From: Flavobacteriales bacterium
GTDB taxonomy: Bacteria > Bacteroidota > Bacteroidia > Flavobacteriales > BACL11
NCBI GenBank assembly: GCA_018645865.1
Contig: JABGVU010000038.1
Location: forward strand, 392 to 64,391
Direction of reading: 5' to 3'
DNA length: 64,000 bases
Below, one piece after another: positions 39,617 to 49,481 of the stretch; position 1 is the stretch's first letter, and the number at the start of each line of letters is the position of its first letter. The position numbers and the translations under genes were made by a program. Below the pieces are notes generated by a model. It had not been told where the DNA came from and ran no database searches. It saw only the letters and a list, made by a program, of their open reading frames with translations.

Positions 39617-41920
39617 TTATTGAATAACTATTCTTTTTTCAACTACCCCATTCTCATAGATATAGAACAATGGTGTTTTTTCTGTTGTGTTTACGCTTCT
39701 ACCTAATACATCAACTATCTTAATTAGCTTTCCTTTATGAGTAGTTAGTTCTTGCTCATTTATAGTAGATGTTGTATTTGTAATTGAAAATTTATCAAAA
39801 GCTGCTTCTATTAGATCTCCACTTCCAAGATCTGCTGTTTCTATAATTAATTGCATTGTTGTAGTGAGTGTTATATATTGGCTCATATCAAAAATACTAT
39901 AAGTCCAACTGTTAAGAGGGGATGAGTTTAGCGTTATCGTTTCTAACAAGACAGTAGTGATTCCGTTAGAGATACTTATTGTTAGTTCGTCACTAGAATT
40001 ACCATTCCCTCCTCCTATAGCAAACCACTTATAATATTCAACATAATTTGCTGAGTTATTTATTGCATCAAACACTGGTGAGGTTAATACTGTATTTCCA
40101 TCATCAACATCATCATCACCAGCACTACCCCCTCCATTTCCAGTTACAAATGCAAAATCACCACAATCTAAACTAACATCAAGCTCAGGATTAAATTCTA
40201 AGGCCCCATAGCTAGTACCTTGCCATACAGCCAAGATTGTTCCTTCTGGCTCTCCTCTTTCCCATAATCCTGTTGAAGCATTTCCATTTACCGTCCAACC
40301 AAAATCAAAAATAAAGTCATCATAATAACCTTCTTCCAAAGTAATCGTAATAGATGATGAAGCATCAATATATTCATTGTCACAAGAAGTAATATATCCC
40401 CACTTCCCTGTTATTACCTCATAACTTCCTTCATACATAGAGTTAATACTGAAGTTTCCATTTGCATCAGTAGTCATAGTAAAGGTAAAATCATCATTAT
40501 AAATAACCACATCAGTACTAGCAATACCATTTCCCAAAACATCAACAACCATACCGCCTGCATTAAAAGCAACTAATGGTTGAAGTGCAGCATCCAAGAT
40601 AGTAATAACCCCATTTGTTAAACTCGCAGACAAAGTATCGGCTAAATAACCAGGTTTTGAAAATACAACATCATAATTTGCTGCGGAAGCCGTACCACTA
40701 ACATACTCTCCAAGCAGATTAGAAGTGGAATTATTAGTAATAGGTGTATTCAAAATTACTATACTTGCGCCGCTTAGGTTATTTCCATTTGTTGCATCTG
40801 TTATATTTCCTTCTAAATAACAAGCTTGAACAAAACCTCTTTCATAAATCATTAATTTAGCAGATTGATTTGCACTACTATTTATTTCAGAAGAAATAAT
40901 TAATCCTGACGGGAAAAAAGGATAAGTGCCCCAACAACCATCAAAACCATTTCCAGCTCCTGAATAAGAATCATAATGAGCAACCTGAATCATGTTATTA
41001 GGTTGGGTGATATCATGTACAGTCGTTCCATCTCGATAGTAAGAAGTAATCAAAAAGTTTCCATCAACATGAGTATTATGCGGTATTGATAGTTCTCCTG
41101 GATTAGATTGAATTCTATCTACTTCTTGTATGTTATTGATATTTGAAATATCATATGCCGCTAAATAAGCATCTGATTTTTCGTCAGTAGTAAACACAAA
41201 ATCACCATCATCACTTATCCAAGCATTATGTGTAAAGGCATTTGGTGTGCTATGCGTTCCTAATGTACTAGGGTTATTTTTATCACTTACATCCACAACA
41301 AATAACTCACCTGCATAAATACAACCTGCATACATAGTATCTCCCCTAACCATTCCATCATGTATGTATTCATCATCCCATTCGCCTAAATAAACAGGTG
41401 CAGTTGCATTTGCAGCTACATCCAAAAAGATTGCGCCATCAGAAGGACTTCCACCAGTTGCCGAAGAAGCTCCAAAAATATAACAGATTCCATTTTCATC
41501 AATAAATAAATTATGTGCTGCAGTAAACTCTACTGAACTTCCATTAGTTGGGTGTGTGAAATTACTAACATGCCAATAAGTTCCTCCAGTCATATCTGTC
41601 AAATCAACAATTAATAAACCAGCATCTGCCTCTGTAGTAATGTACGCAAAATTGCCCCAAGTTTTCACATCTCTCCAAGTGGAATTAATATCTGATATAT
41701 AAAATTCTTGAACAGGATTTGTTGGATTAGAAACGTTAACACAAGCAAAACCATCATTTAGTCCAATAAGTGCATATTCATTTCCACTACCATCTACCCA
41801 ACCCCAAATATCACTACCCTCAGTTGTTGGCCACTCATAACTACCTACTAAACTTAAATTAAAATTGCTTTGCCCCAATGCCATTAGTGGCATCATTAGT
41901 ACTAATATTATTCTTTTCAT
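39617..41920 (-). CDS. secreted LVIVD-repeat / choice-of-anchor-B-like protein with CarboxypepD_reg-like domains and mini C-terminal tail
   Basis: 767 aa with a signal peptide. The beta-propeller-like N-terminal half contains GLLIVDLTD. There are two carboxypeptidase-regulatory-like Ig folds (GNITDATNGNNLSGASIVIL..., GMVVDVLGNGIASTDVVIY...). The tail matches its neighbours. Confidence 0.6.
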   Translation of the reverse strand: MKRIILVLMMPLMALGQSNFNLSLVGSYEWPTTEGSDIWGWVDGSGNEYALIGLNDGFACVNVSNPTNPVQEFYISDINSTWRDVKTWGNFAYITTEADAGLLIVDLTDMTGGTYWHVSNFTHPTNGSSVEFTAAHNLFIDENGICYIFGASSATGGSPSDGAIFLDVAANATAPVYLGEWDDEYIHDGMVRGDTMYAGCIYAGELFVVDVSDKNNPSTLGTHSTPNAFTHNAWISDDGDFVFTTDEKSDAYLAAYDISNINNIQEVDRIQSNPGELSIPHNTHVDGNFLITSYYRDGTTVHDITQPNNMIQVAHYDSYSGAGNGFDGCWGTYPFFPSGLIISSEINSSANQSAKLMIYERGFVQACYLEGNITDATNGNNLSGASIVILNTPITNNSTSNLLGEYVSGTASAANYDVVFSKPGYLADTLSASLTNGVITILDAALQPLVAFNAGGMVVDVLGNGIASTDVVIYNDDFTFTMTTDANGNFSINSMYEGSYEVITGKWGYITSCDNEYIDASSSITITLEEGYYDDFIFDFGWTVNGNASTGLWERGEPEGTILAVWQGTSYGALEFNPELDVSLDCGDFAFVTGNGGGSAGDDDVDDGNTVLTSPVFDAINNSANYVEYYKWFAIGGGNGNSSDELTISISNGITTVLLETITLNSSPLNSWTYSIFDMSQYITLTTTMQLIIETADLGSGDLIEAAFDKFSITNTTSTINEQELTTHKGKLIKIVDVLGRSVNTTEKTPLFYIYENGVVEKRIVIQ
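39620..39727 (-). other. 36-aa mini C-terminal domain, copy 3
   Basis: LIKIVDVLGRSVNTTEKTPLFYIYENGVVEKRIVIQ. Confidence 0.7.
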
Positions 41921-41934
41921 TACTTGTTTTTTTG

Positions 41935-41942
41935 CAAAGATA
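41935..41942 (-). promoter_or_regulatory. -7 promoter box TATCTTTG (minus strand) upstream of the three-gene secreted-protein string
   Basis: Exact TAnnTTTG, 14 nt before the ATG at 41920. Confidence 0.5.
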
Positions 41943-41994
41943 AAGAAAATTCTTACTCAGTGCAAGTAGGTGTTTTATAATCTTATGTGTTCAA

Positions 41995-44649
41995 TTATAG
42001 CTCTAGTGTTATCTGACCTTCAGATTCATTATCATCCTTAGGTTTTATTTGTTCAACTGATTCGTTGGTTATATTCAGCTCAATATCAGTTGTAATTTCT
42101 TCTATTATTCCCTCAGTAACTTCAGAAATTACTTTTTCTTTTTCAATAGAAATAACCTCAATATAAGGTAATGGATCTAATAAATTAATCTCTTTTATCT
42201 TTTTGGAGGTTAGTTTATTTCCCAATGCCTTTTCCCCTTTTATACTAATAAATTCTTCCAGATTAATTATTTCTGTTTGCCTGTCCTTTCCTTTTTCTTT
42301 CAGAAAAATTAATTCTACCTGAGGCCTCCAATCAGTACTAACTAATTCTAGTTCACTTTCTTGATGTTCAGTTATAAAACTAAACTTACTCATAGTATTT
42401 TCAACTAAAAATCTTTTTACATAATAAGCCTTCTTTATTCCATCAAAATAGATGGCAGTAACTGGCTTTTTAGCATTATTTCGTTCTATTAAAATCATAT
42501 CTTCATCAAAATGATTACTGATATCAAAAGATTTTAATTCCAATTCTCCATTTTGCTTAATGGTCAATATTTTATCTTGCGCTTTAAAGGCTCCTAGCAA
42601 TTTGCCTCTTTCTTCAACATTTAATCTTTGTACATTATCATCAAACCATATCTTACGAGCCGAAAGAGTAGAAATACCTTTTGATTTCAATTCAATTTTT
42701 CGCACAGCATTTTTTGAGACAATATTCCCCCCTGCCTTCTTTCCTTTTATCGATAATGATGAAAAATCAATATCAATTTTTAAGGTTTTTAATTTGGCTG
42801 ACTTTTTAAGATGTGCAGTTACTGTTTCAGCCTCTCCATTCGGGTTAGCTGTAAAATACAATACCTTATTTCCTTTCTCAGATTTGGTTAAATTATAATT
42901 CTTACCTCTAGTAATTGATGTAACAGAAAAACGTTTCATCATAGTGTTTGCTGATTCTCCATCTTTATAAATCATATTATAGATTGTACGCTCATCTTTC
43001 TTTTTAAAGACTGCACAATGGATGATATCTTTACCTACAAACACCTTATTACCTATCTTTACCACTTGCATTATACCATTCTTTCGGAATACTATAATAT
43101 CATCAATATCAGAACAGTCACCTACAAACTCATCCTTACGCATTGCAGTACCTATAAATCCTTCTTCCTTATTCATATATAGCTTTTTATTTGCTACCAC
43201 TACTTTTGTTGCATCAATATTTTCAAAAATCTTTATTTCAGTTTTACGCTCTTTTCCTAATCCATATTTCTTTTTCAAACCTTTGAAATAGTCAATAGCA
43301 TAATTAGTAAGGCTAGCTAAGTATCCTTTAATTTCAGCTATCCTATCTTCCAATTTAAACAACTCTTCTTTTGCTTTATTAAGGTCAAATTTAGTTATTT
43401 TCTTAATCTTGATTTCTGTTAGCCTCTCTACATCCTCATCCATTACTGTACGCAATAAGTATTTTGTAAATGGTTTAAGTTCAGTTTGAATCGTACTTAT
43501 AATTACATTCCAATTATCAAGTTCTTCGATCTTATGATAAATTCTATTTTCAATAAAAATACGCTCTAATGATGAATGATGCCATTTCTCTTGCAATTCA
43601 TTTAAGTTAACTTCCAACTCTTGTTTTAGTAAATTAAGCGTCTGATTAGTAGAATGTTGTAGTATTTCAGAGATGCCCAAAAATTTTGGTGTATTGTTTT
43701 CAATAACACATGAAAGTGGTGAAATGGAAACCTCACAATCAGTAAAACGATATAAAGCATCTATAGTTTTATCAGGTGATATTCCAGAAGGAATAGTAAT
43801 TGCAATCTCTACATTTTCAGCAGTGTTATCTTCTACTCTTTTTATCTTAATTTTCCCTTTCTCATTTGCTTTCAGTATGGAATTAATCAATATAGTGGTA
43901 GTGGTAGAAAATGGTAATTCTGAGATAATAAGTGTGTTTTTATTTTCTTGAAATATTTTCGCTCTAATTCTTACTTTACCTCCTCTTTTTCCGTCATTAT
44001 AATGACTAAAATCGGCTGAGCCTCCTGTTAAAAAATCAGGAAATATTCTAGGTTTCACCCCTCTTAACACCTTTATAGACCCATCAATTAGTTCATTGAA
44101 ATTATGCGGTAAGATTTTTGTAGAGAGTCCGACTGCAATTCCTTCAACTCCATGTGCTAATAGTAGCGGAAATTTAACAGGTAAGGTCTGTGGTTCTTTT
44201 CCTCTACCATCATAAGAAGATGACCACTTTGTTATTTTTTTATTGTAAACAACATCCAATGCAAATGGAGCTAAACGTACCTCAATATACCTAGGCGCTG
44301 CTGCCCTATCTCCTGTAGCTATATTTCCCCAGTTTCCTTGCATGTCCAGCAGTAATTCCTTTTGCCCAACTTGCACCATAGCATCACCAATCGAAGCATC
44401 ACCATGAGGATGGTATTTCATAGTATGACCAATTACATTGGCTACCTTATGATACCTTCCATCATCTAACTCCTTTAAAGAATGAAGAATACGCCTTTGT
44501 ACGGGTTTTAATCCATCATAAATATGAGGTACAGCACGCTCAAGTATTACATAGGATGCATAGTCCAAAAACCAGTTTTGGTACATTCCTGAAAGATGAA
44601 TTACTTCCTGTTCATCAATAATTTTATTTGCAATTTTATCTTCTTCCAT
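41995..44649 (-). CDS. parC: DNA topoisomerase IV subunit A (type IIA topoisomerase A subunit)
   Basis: 884 aa. Catalytic-Tyr region AAPRYIEVRL and N-terminus DGLKPVQRRIL. I did not notice a GyrA box. Paired with the parE-like gene upstream. Confidence 0.8.
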   Translation of the reverse strand: MEEDKIANKIIDEQEVIHLSGMYQNWFLDYASYVILERAVPHIYDGLKPVQRRILHSLKELDDGRYHKVANVIGHTMKYHPHGDASIGDAMVQVGQKELLLDMQGNWGNIATGDRAAAPRYIEVRLAPFALDVVYNKKITKWSSSYDGRGKEPQTLPVKFPLLLAHGVEGIAVGLSTKILPHNFNELIDGSIKVLRGVKPRIFPDFLTGGSADFSHYNDGKRGGKVRIRAKIFQENKNTLIISELPFSTTTTILINSILKANEKGKIKIKRVEDNTAENVEIAITIPSGISPDKTIDALYRFTDCEVSISPLSCVIENNTPKFLGISEILQHSTNQTLNLLKQELEVNLNELQEKWHHSSLERIFIENRIYHKIEELDNWNVIISTIQTELKPFTKYLLRTVMDEDVERLTEIKIKKITKFDLNKAKEELFKLEDRIAEIKGYLASLTNYAIDYFKGLKKKYGLGKERKTEIKIFENIDATKVVVANKKLYMNKEEGFIGTAMRKDEFVGDCSDIDDIIVFRKNGIMQVVKIGNKVFVGKDIIHCAVFKKKDERTIYNMIYKDGESANTMMKRFSVTSITRGKNYNLTKSEKGNKVLYFTANPNGEAETVTAHLKKSAKLKTLKIDIDFSSLSIKGKKAGGNIVSKNAVRKIELKSKGISTLSARKIWFDDNVQRLNVEERGKLLGAFKAQDKILTIKQNGELELKSFDISNHFDEDMILIERNNAKKPVTAIYFDGIKKAYYVKRFLVENTMSKFSFITEHQESELELVSTDWRPQVELIFLKEKGKDRQTEIINLEEFISIKGEKALGNKLTSKKIKEINLLDPLPYIEVISIEKEKVISEVTEGIIEEITTDIELNITNESVEQIKPKDDNESEGQITLEL

Positions 44650-45140
44650 TAGCTATTTTTTGCAATTATTCTTTCTAAAACCCTAGTTATTCTACGCTCC
44701 TCACTTTCTGTTAAAAACGATAAATTAAAACGCTTTACTATTCTTTCTCCAGAATCATTATCAATCTTAAGCACTAAGGTTTTGTTAAATGAAAAAGAGC
44801 GATTAAAAAAAGAAAAATCTACAAACATATCATGAGATATATCAATGTAATCTTTAGGATTAAAAATACCAATAATTGTTCGGTAAATTTTAATATCAAT
44901 TACATAAGAGTCAATTTTTAAGTTATAATAACTAATATGAGCTATTACAAAATAGACTAAAATAAGTGATGAAATAAAAATATAAAAAGTATTATTAAAT
45001 AAATAATCTCCAAAAGCTAAGTGAGGAAAAGCATATACTATAACAAAAGTCGATAGAGGAATAAGTATCAAAAAAAGCATGAAAAGAAAAATAACTATTG
45101 CAAATTTATTATTGGTTGATTGTAAATTTATTTTAGGCAT
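44649..45140 (-). CDS. hypothetical two-TM membrane protein between parE and parC
   Basis: 163 aa. Its start overlaps the parE stop by 8 nt, and its stop overlaps the parC start by 1 nt. Confidence 0.5.
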   Translation of the reverse strand: MPKINLQSTNNKFAIVIFLFMLFLILIPLSTFVIVYAFPHLAFGDYLFNNTFYIFISSLILVYFVIAHISYYNLKIDSYVIDIKIYRTIIGIFNPKDYIDISHDMFVDFSFFNRSFSFNKTLVLKIDNDSGERIVKRFNLSFLTESEERRITRVLERIIAKNS

Positions 45141-46980
45141 CGATTATATCTTCTTCAACTCTCAAATTCTCAATTATAAAATCTTGTCTTTCTTTAGTGT
45201 TTTTTCCCATATAATATTTTAACAAATCCTGAATAGTAACCTCTTTTCCTAGTATTACTGGATCCAAACGCATTTTTTCACCAATAAAATGTTTAAATTC
45301 ATTTGGCGATATTTCCCCTAAACCTTTGAATCGAGTAATTTCAGCACTAACACCAATATCAGTAATTGCATCTTTTCGCTCCTGCTCGTTATAACAGTAA
45401 TAAGTTTTCTTCTTATTTCGCACCCTAAATAAAGGTGTTTCTAATATATAAACATGTCCTTCTTTTATTAATTCAGGGAAAAACTGCAAAAAGAAAGTAA
45501 TTAATAAAAGGCGAATATGCATTCCATCTACATCAGCATCAGTAGCAATTACTATTTTATTGTATCGTAAATCATCTATTCCTGTTTCAATATTCAGGGC
45601 AGCTTGCAGCAGATTAAACTCTTCATTTTCGTACACCACCTTTTTGCTTAGTCCGAATGAATTTAAGGGTTTCCCTCTTAAACTAAATACTGCTTGAGTT
45701 TTTATATCACGCGTTTTGGTAATAGATCCAGAAGCCGAATCTCCTTCAGTGATAAAAAGAGTTGAATCAGCTCTATTTTCTTTCTTTTGATCATTGTAAT
45801 GTATCCTGCAATCCCTAAGTTTTTTGTTATGTAAACTAGATTTTTTAGCTCTTTCTCTAGCTAGTTTCTTAATCCCTGCCATAGCCTTACGCTCATGTTC
45901 AGCCAGTTGTATTTTTTGTTGTATCGCATCCGCAACATCAGAGTTTTTATGCAAATAATTATCTAACTTCTTTTTTAGAAAATCCTGAATAAAAGAAAGT
46001 ACAGTTACTCCACCTGGCTCCATTTCGATTGACCCTAGTTTGGTTTTGGTTTGCGATTCGAATATAGGTTCAATTACTTTTATACTGACAGCTGCATTTA
46101 TCGCCTGCCTTATATCTGCAGCATCATAATTTTTACCATAAAAATCTCTTATCGTTTTTGCCAATGCTTGCCTAAAAGCAACTTGATGCGTACCCCCTTG
46201 CACAGTATGTTGCCCGTTAACAAAAGAGTAATACTGCTCAGAATATTGATTTTTACAATGCGTTATTGCTACTTCAATATCAGCTCCTTTTAAGTGAATA
46301 ATTGGATACAACATTTCGGCATCAGTTCTTTGTTCTAAAAGGTCAAACAGGCCATTTTCTGAACAAAAACTATCACCATTAAAAATTATTGTTAACCCTG
46401 GGTTTAGGTAACAATAATTCCACATCATTTTCTCTATATACTCATTAATAAATCTGTATTTCCCAAACAGCTCTTCATCAGGAGTAAAAGTTACTTTAGT
46501 ACCTTTCCTACTGCTATTTTCTTGTATTGGTTCTTCATTTATGATATTTCCTTGCTCGAACTCTACTAACTTACTTTTTCCATTACGGATGGAACGAATA
46601 CAAAAATAAGAAGAAAGAGCATTAGCTGCCTTTGTACCTACTCCGTTAAGCCCAACTGATTTTTTAAAAACTTTGGAATCGTACTTAGCTCCTGTGTTAA
46701 TTTTTGACACACAATCCACTACTTTTCCAAGTGGAATTCCTCTACCATAATCACGAACTGAAAGCTTATTATTCTTAACAGCAACCTCAATAGTCTTTCC
46801 ATTACCCATCACAAATTCATCAATTGAGTTGTCAATCACCTCTTTCAAAAGAATGTAAACACCATCATCAGGTGAGGAGCCATTACCCATTTTCCCAATG
46901 TACATTCCAGGGCGTAATCGGATATGTTCCTTCCAATCTAGCGATCGGATACTATCCTCATTATAATTTTCTTCAGCCAT
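45133..46980 (-). CDS. parE: DNA topoisomerase IV subunit B (type IIA topoisomerase B subunit)
   Basis: 615 aa. GHKL ATPase ([14 protein letters not shown]), Toprim ([23 protein letters not shown]). Confidence 0.85.
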   Translation of the reverse strand: MAEENYNEDSIRSLDWKEHIRLRPGMYIGKMGNGSSPDDGVYILLKEVIDNSIDEFVMGNGKTIEVAVKNNKLSVRDYGRGIPLGKVVDCVSKINTGAKYDSKVFKKSVGLNGVGTKAANALSSYFCIRSIRNGKSKLVEFEQGNIINEEPIQENSSRKGTKVTFTPDEELFGKYRFINEYIEKMMWNYCYLNPGLTIIFNGDSFCSENGLFDLLEQRTDAEMLYPIIHLKGADIEVAITHCKNQYSEQYYSFVNGQHTVQGGTHQVAFRQALAKTIRDFYGKNYDAADIRQAINAAVSIKVIEPIFESQTKTKLGSIEMEPGGVTVLSFIQDFLKKKLDNYLHKNSDVADAIQQKIQLAEHERKAMAGIKKLARERAKKSSLHNKKLRDCRIHYNDQKKENRADSTLFITEGDSASGSITKTRDIKTQAVFSLRGKPLNSFGLSKKVVYENEEFNLLQAALNIETGIDDLRYNKIVIATDADVDGMHIRLLLITFFLQFFPELIKEGHVYILETPLFRVRNKKKTYYCYNEQERKDAITDIGVSAEITRFKGLGEISPNEFKHFIGEKMRLDPVILGKEVTIQDLLKYYMGKNTKERQDFIIENLRVEEDIIDA

Positions 46981-47017
46981 TTTTATCCTTATTTACAACT
47001 ACTATTTTGATAGAAAA

Positions 47018-47025
47018 CAAATATA
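47018..47025 (-). promoter_or_regulatory. -7 promoter box TATATTTG (minus strand) for parE
   Basis: Exact TAnnTTTG, 37 nt upstream of the ATG at 46980. Confidence 0.45.
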
Positions 47026-47163
47026 AAATACTAATGAATTTATTTTCGATAACTAAAGATGCGTTATTAACAGGGTTTTCAACTTAAATAATTGAATAAT
47101 AATTATTGAATATATTATAACTATGTTTGAATTTTAAATCAATAGATTAACAAAGAAAAAAGA

Positions 47164-48261
47164 TTAGACATTAAATCGGAAATTCATGATATCGCCATCT
47201 TTCACTAAATAATCCTTCCCTTCAATTGCTAGCTTTCCATTATCCTTACACGCCTGTTCGGAACCTAAAGTAACAAAGTCATTATAAGCCATTACTTCAG
47301 CTCTAATGAATCCTTTTTCAAAATCAGTATGAATTACTGCTGCAGCCTGTGGCGCCTTAGTACCCTCAGTTATTGTCCAAGCTCTTACTTCTTTTAATCC
47401 TGCTGTAAAGTAAGTTTTTAGGTTTAGTAATTTATATGTGGATTGTATTAGGTAGTGTACCCCAGGCTTTTCAAGGCCTAGTTCTTCTAAGAACATTAAT
47501 CGCTCTTCAACATCTTCTAATTCTGCAATTTCAGCTTCAATAGCCGTAGCGATTAAAAGCACTTCTGCATCTTCATTTTTAACGGCTTCTTTAACGGCCG
47601 ATACATGCTTGTTACCTGTTTTTACCGACTCTTCATCAACATTACACATGTACATTACAGGCTTTGCTGTTAAAAGTTGTAAGGTTTCAATTACTTCTAA
47701 CTCATCCTCACTAGCATCTACACTTCTTGCTGAATTTCCAGCTTCCAGATGAGCAATATATTTCTCACAAATAGCTAATATTTTTTGTCCTTCTTTATCG
47801 CCTGATTTTGCAGTACGCACATTTTTATCACGCAATTTTTCTAACGCTTCCAAATCTTTTAACTGCAATTCCATATCAATCGTTTCTTTATCTCTTACTG
47901 GATCAACTGTAACATCAACATGTATAATATTATCATCATCAAAACACCTTAACACATGTATAATGGCATTGGTTTCTCTAATATTTCCTAAAAATTTATT
48001 TCCTAAGCCCTCTCCTTTACTAGCTCCTTTCACAAGGCCAGCAATATCGACAATTTCAACTGTGGTAGGCATTACTCTTTCAGGCTTTACTATAGCCGAT
48101 AAAGCCTCTAATCTATCATCAGGCACTGACATAATACCTACATTAGGTTCAATAGTACAAAAAGGAAAATTTGCTGACTGTGCTTTTGCTTTTGATAAAC
48201 AATTAAATAATGTTGATTTTCCAACATTTGGTAAACCTACAATTCCACATTTTAACGCCAT
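47164..48261 (-). CDS. ychF: redox-regulated ribosome-binding ATPase YchF
   Basis: 365 aa. GIVGLPNVGKSTLFN, DIAGLVKGAS, C-terminal TGS domain (DGDIMNFRFNV). Confidence 0.95.
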   Translation of the reverse strand: MALKCGIVGLPNVGKSTLFNCLSKAKAQSANFPFCTIEPNVGIMSVPDDRLEALSAIVKPERVMPTTVEIVDIAGLVKGASKGEGLGNKFLGNIRETNAIIHVLRCFDDDNIIHVDVTVDPVRDKETIDMELQLKDLEALEKLRDKNVRTAKSGDKEGQKILAICEKYIAHLEAGNSARSVDASEDELEVIETLQLLTAKPVMYMCNVDEESVKTGNKHVSAVKEAVKNEDAEVLLIATAIEAEIAELEDVEERLMFLEELGLEKPGVHYLIQSTYKLLNLKTYFTAGLKEVRAWTITEGTKAPQAAAVIHTDFEKGFIRAEVMAYNDFVTLGSEQACKDNGKLAIEGKDYLVKDGDIMNFRFNV

Positions 48262-48284
48262 AACTATTATTTTTTAAAAGTCGG

Positions 48285-48292
48285 CAAAGATA
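48285..48292 (-). promoter_or_regulatory. -7 promoter box TATCTTTG (minus strand) for ychF
   Basis: Exact TAnnTTTG, 23 nt upstream of the ATG at 48261. Confidence 0.5.
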
Positions 48293-48481
48293 GAAATTGT
48301 TAATACTTGTTTGTTGTTTGTTAAAGAAAAAAATCCCATATAAAACGCCCAACATTTGGAAATTATCATTTCAACAAGGATAAATCCGAAAAAAACAAAT
48401 TCCTTAAGCAATACAATAAACTATGCGCTACTCTTAATTACTCCATATTTGATGAAAAGTATTTGAAAAATTATTTTCTAC

Positions 48482-48507
48482 TTTCTTGAATTACATAATT
48501 CAAGAAA
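48482..48507. repeat. 26-bp inverted repeat tttcttgaatta-ca-taattcaagaaa
   Basis: Two perfect 12-nt arms around a 2-nt centre, in the ychF/transketolase divergent intergenic region. Confidence 0.9.
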
Positions 48508-48604
48508 AATACATTAACTACCAATTAAAATTAAATGTTAATAAATCAGCATAAAACCAATAAAAAAGAACCAGTAACTATCAACTATCAATTATTATGA
48601 TTAC

Positions 48605-48612
48605 TATCTTTG
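48605..48612 (+). promoter_or_regulatory. -7 promoter box TATCTTTG for the transketolase operon
   Basis: Exact TAnnTTTG, 23 nt upstream of the ATG at 48636. Confidence 0.55.
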
Positions 48613-48635
48613 CGTAAAATTACACATTCAATATA

Positions 48636-49481
48636 ATGCCAAATATTTCAAAATTAAATGATGTTGTTTCTCAAGTAAGAAGAGACATAGTAAGAATGGT
48701 TCACGCCAATAGTTCTGGTCATCCTGGGGGTTCTTTGGGATGTGCCGAATTTTTTACGGCTCTTTACTTTGATGTTATGAATCATAATACAAGCTTTAGT
48801 ATGGATGCAAAAGGTGAGGATCTTTTCTTTTTATCTAATGGCCATATTTCACCTGTTTTCTATTCAGTATTAGCTCGTTCAGGTTATTTTGATGTAGCTG
48901 AATTGGCTACTTTTCGTAAATTGAATAGTCGTTTGCAAGGACACCCTACTACACATGAAGGATTAGAAGGAATCCGTATGGCTTCAGGCTCATTAGGTCA
49001 AGGTTTATCCAATGCTATTGGTGCCGCACTTACCAAAAAACTGAATAAGGATAACAGTATGGTTTATAGTTTACATGGTGACGGGGAATTACAAGAGGGT
49101 CAAGTATGGGAGGCCTTTATGTATGCTGCTGCTAAGAATGTTGATAATCTTATTGCTACTATTGACTATAATCAAAAACAAATTGATGGTTCAATTGATG
49201 ATGTGCTGCCTATGGGTAATCTTTCTGCAAAACTTAAAGCATTCGATTGGATTGTTTTGGAAGAATTTCAAGGAAATGATATTGAATCAGTAATTCATAC
49301 TTTGGCTAGAGCTAAGGAACTCTCTGGTCATGGGAAACCAGTTGTTATTATTATGCATACTGAAATGGGTAATGGGGTGGATTATATGATGGGAACACAC
49401 AAATGGCATGGTTCCGCTCCTAATGATGAGGAACTAAAAAGTGCTTTAGTACAAAACGCTGAAACTTTAGGTGATTACTAA
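48636..49481 (+). CDS. transketolase, N-terminal (TPP pyrophosphate-binding) subunit
   Basis: 281 aa. SGHPGGSLG, GSLGQGLS, HGDGELQEG motifs. Stops where full-length Tkt would continue. Confidence 0.9.
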   Translation: MPNISKLNDVVSQVRRDIVRMVHANSSGHPGGSLGCAEFFTALYFDVMNHNTSFSMDAKGEDLFFLSNGHISPVFYSVLARSGYFDVAELATFRKLNSRLQGHPTTHEGLEGIRMASGSLGQGLSNAIGAALTKKLNKDNSMVYSLHGDGELQEGQVWEAFMYAAAKNVDNLIATIDYNQKQIDGSIDDVLPMGNLSAKLKAFDWIVLEEFQGNDIESVIHTLARAKELSGHGKPVVIIMHTEMGNGVDYMMGTHKWHGSAPNDEELKSALVQNAETLGDY

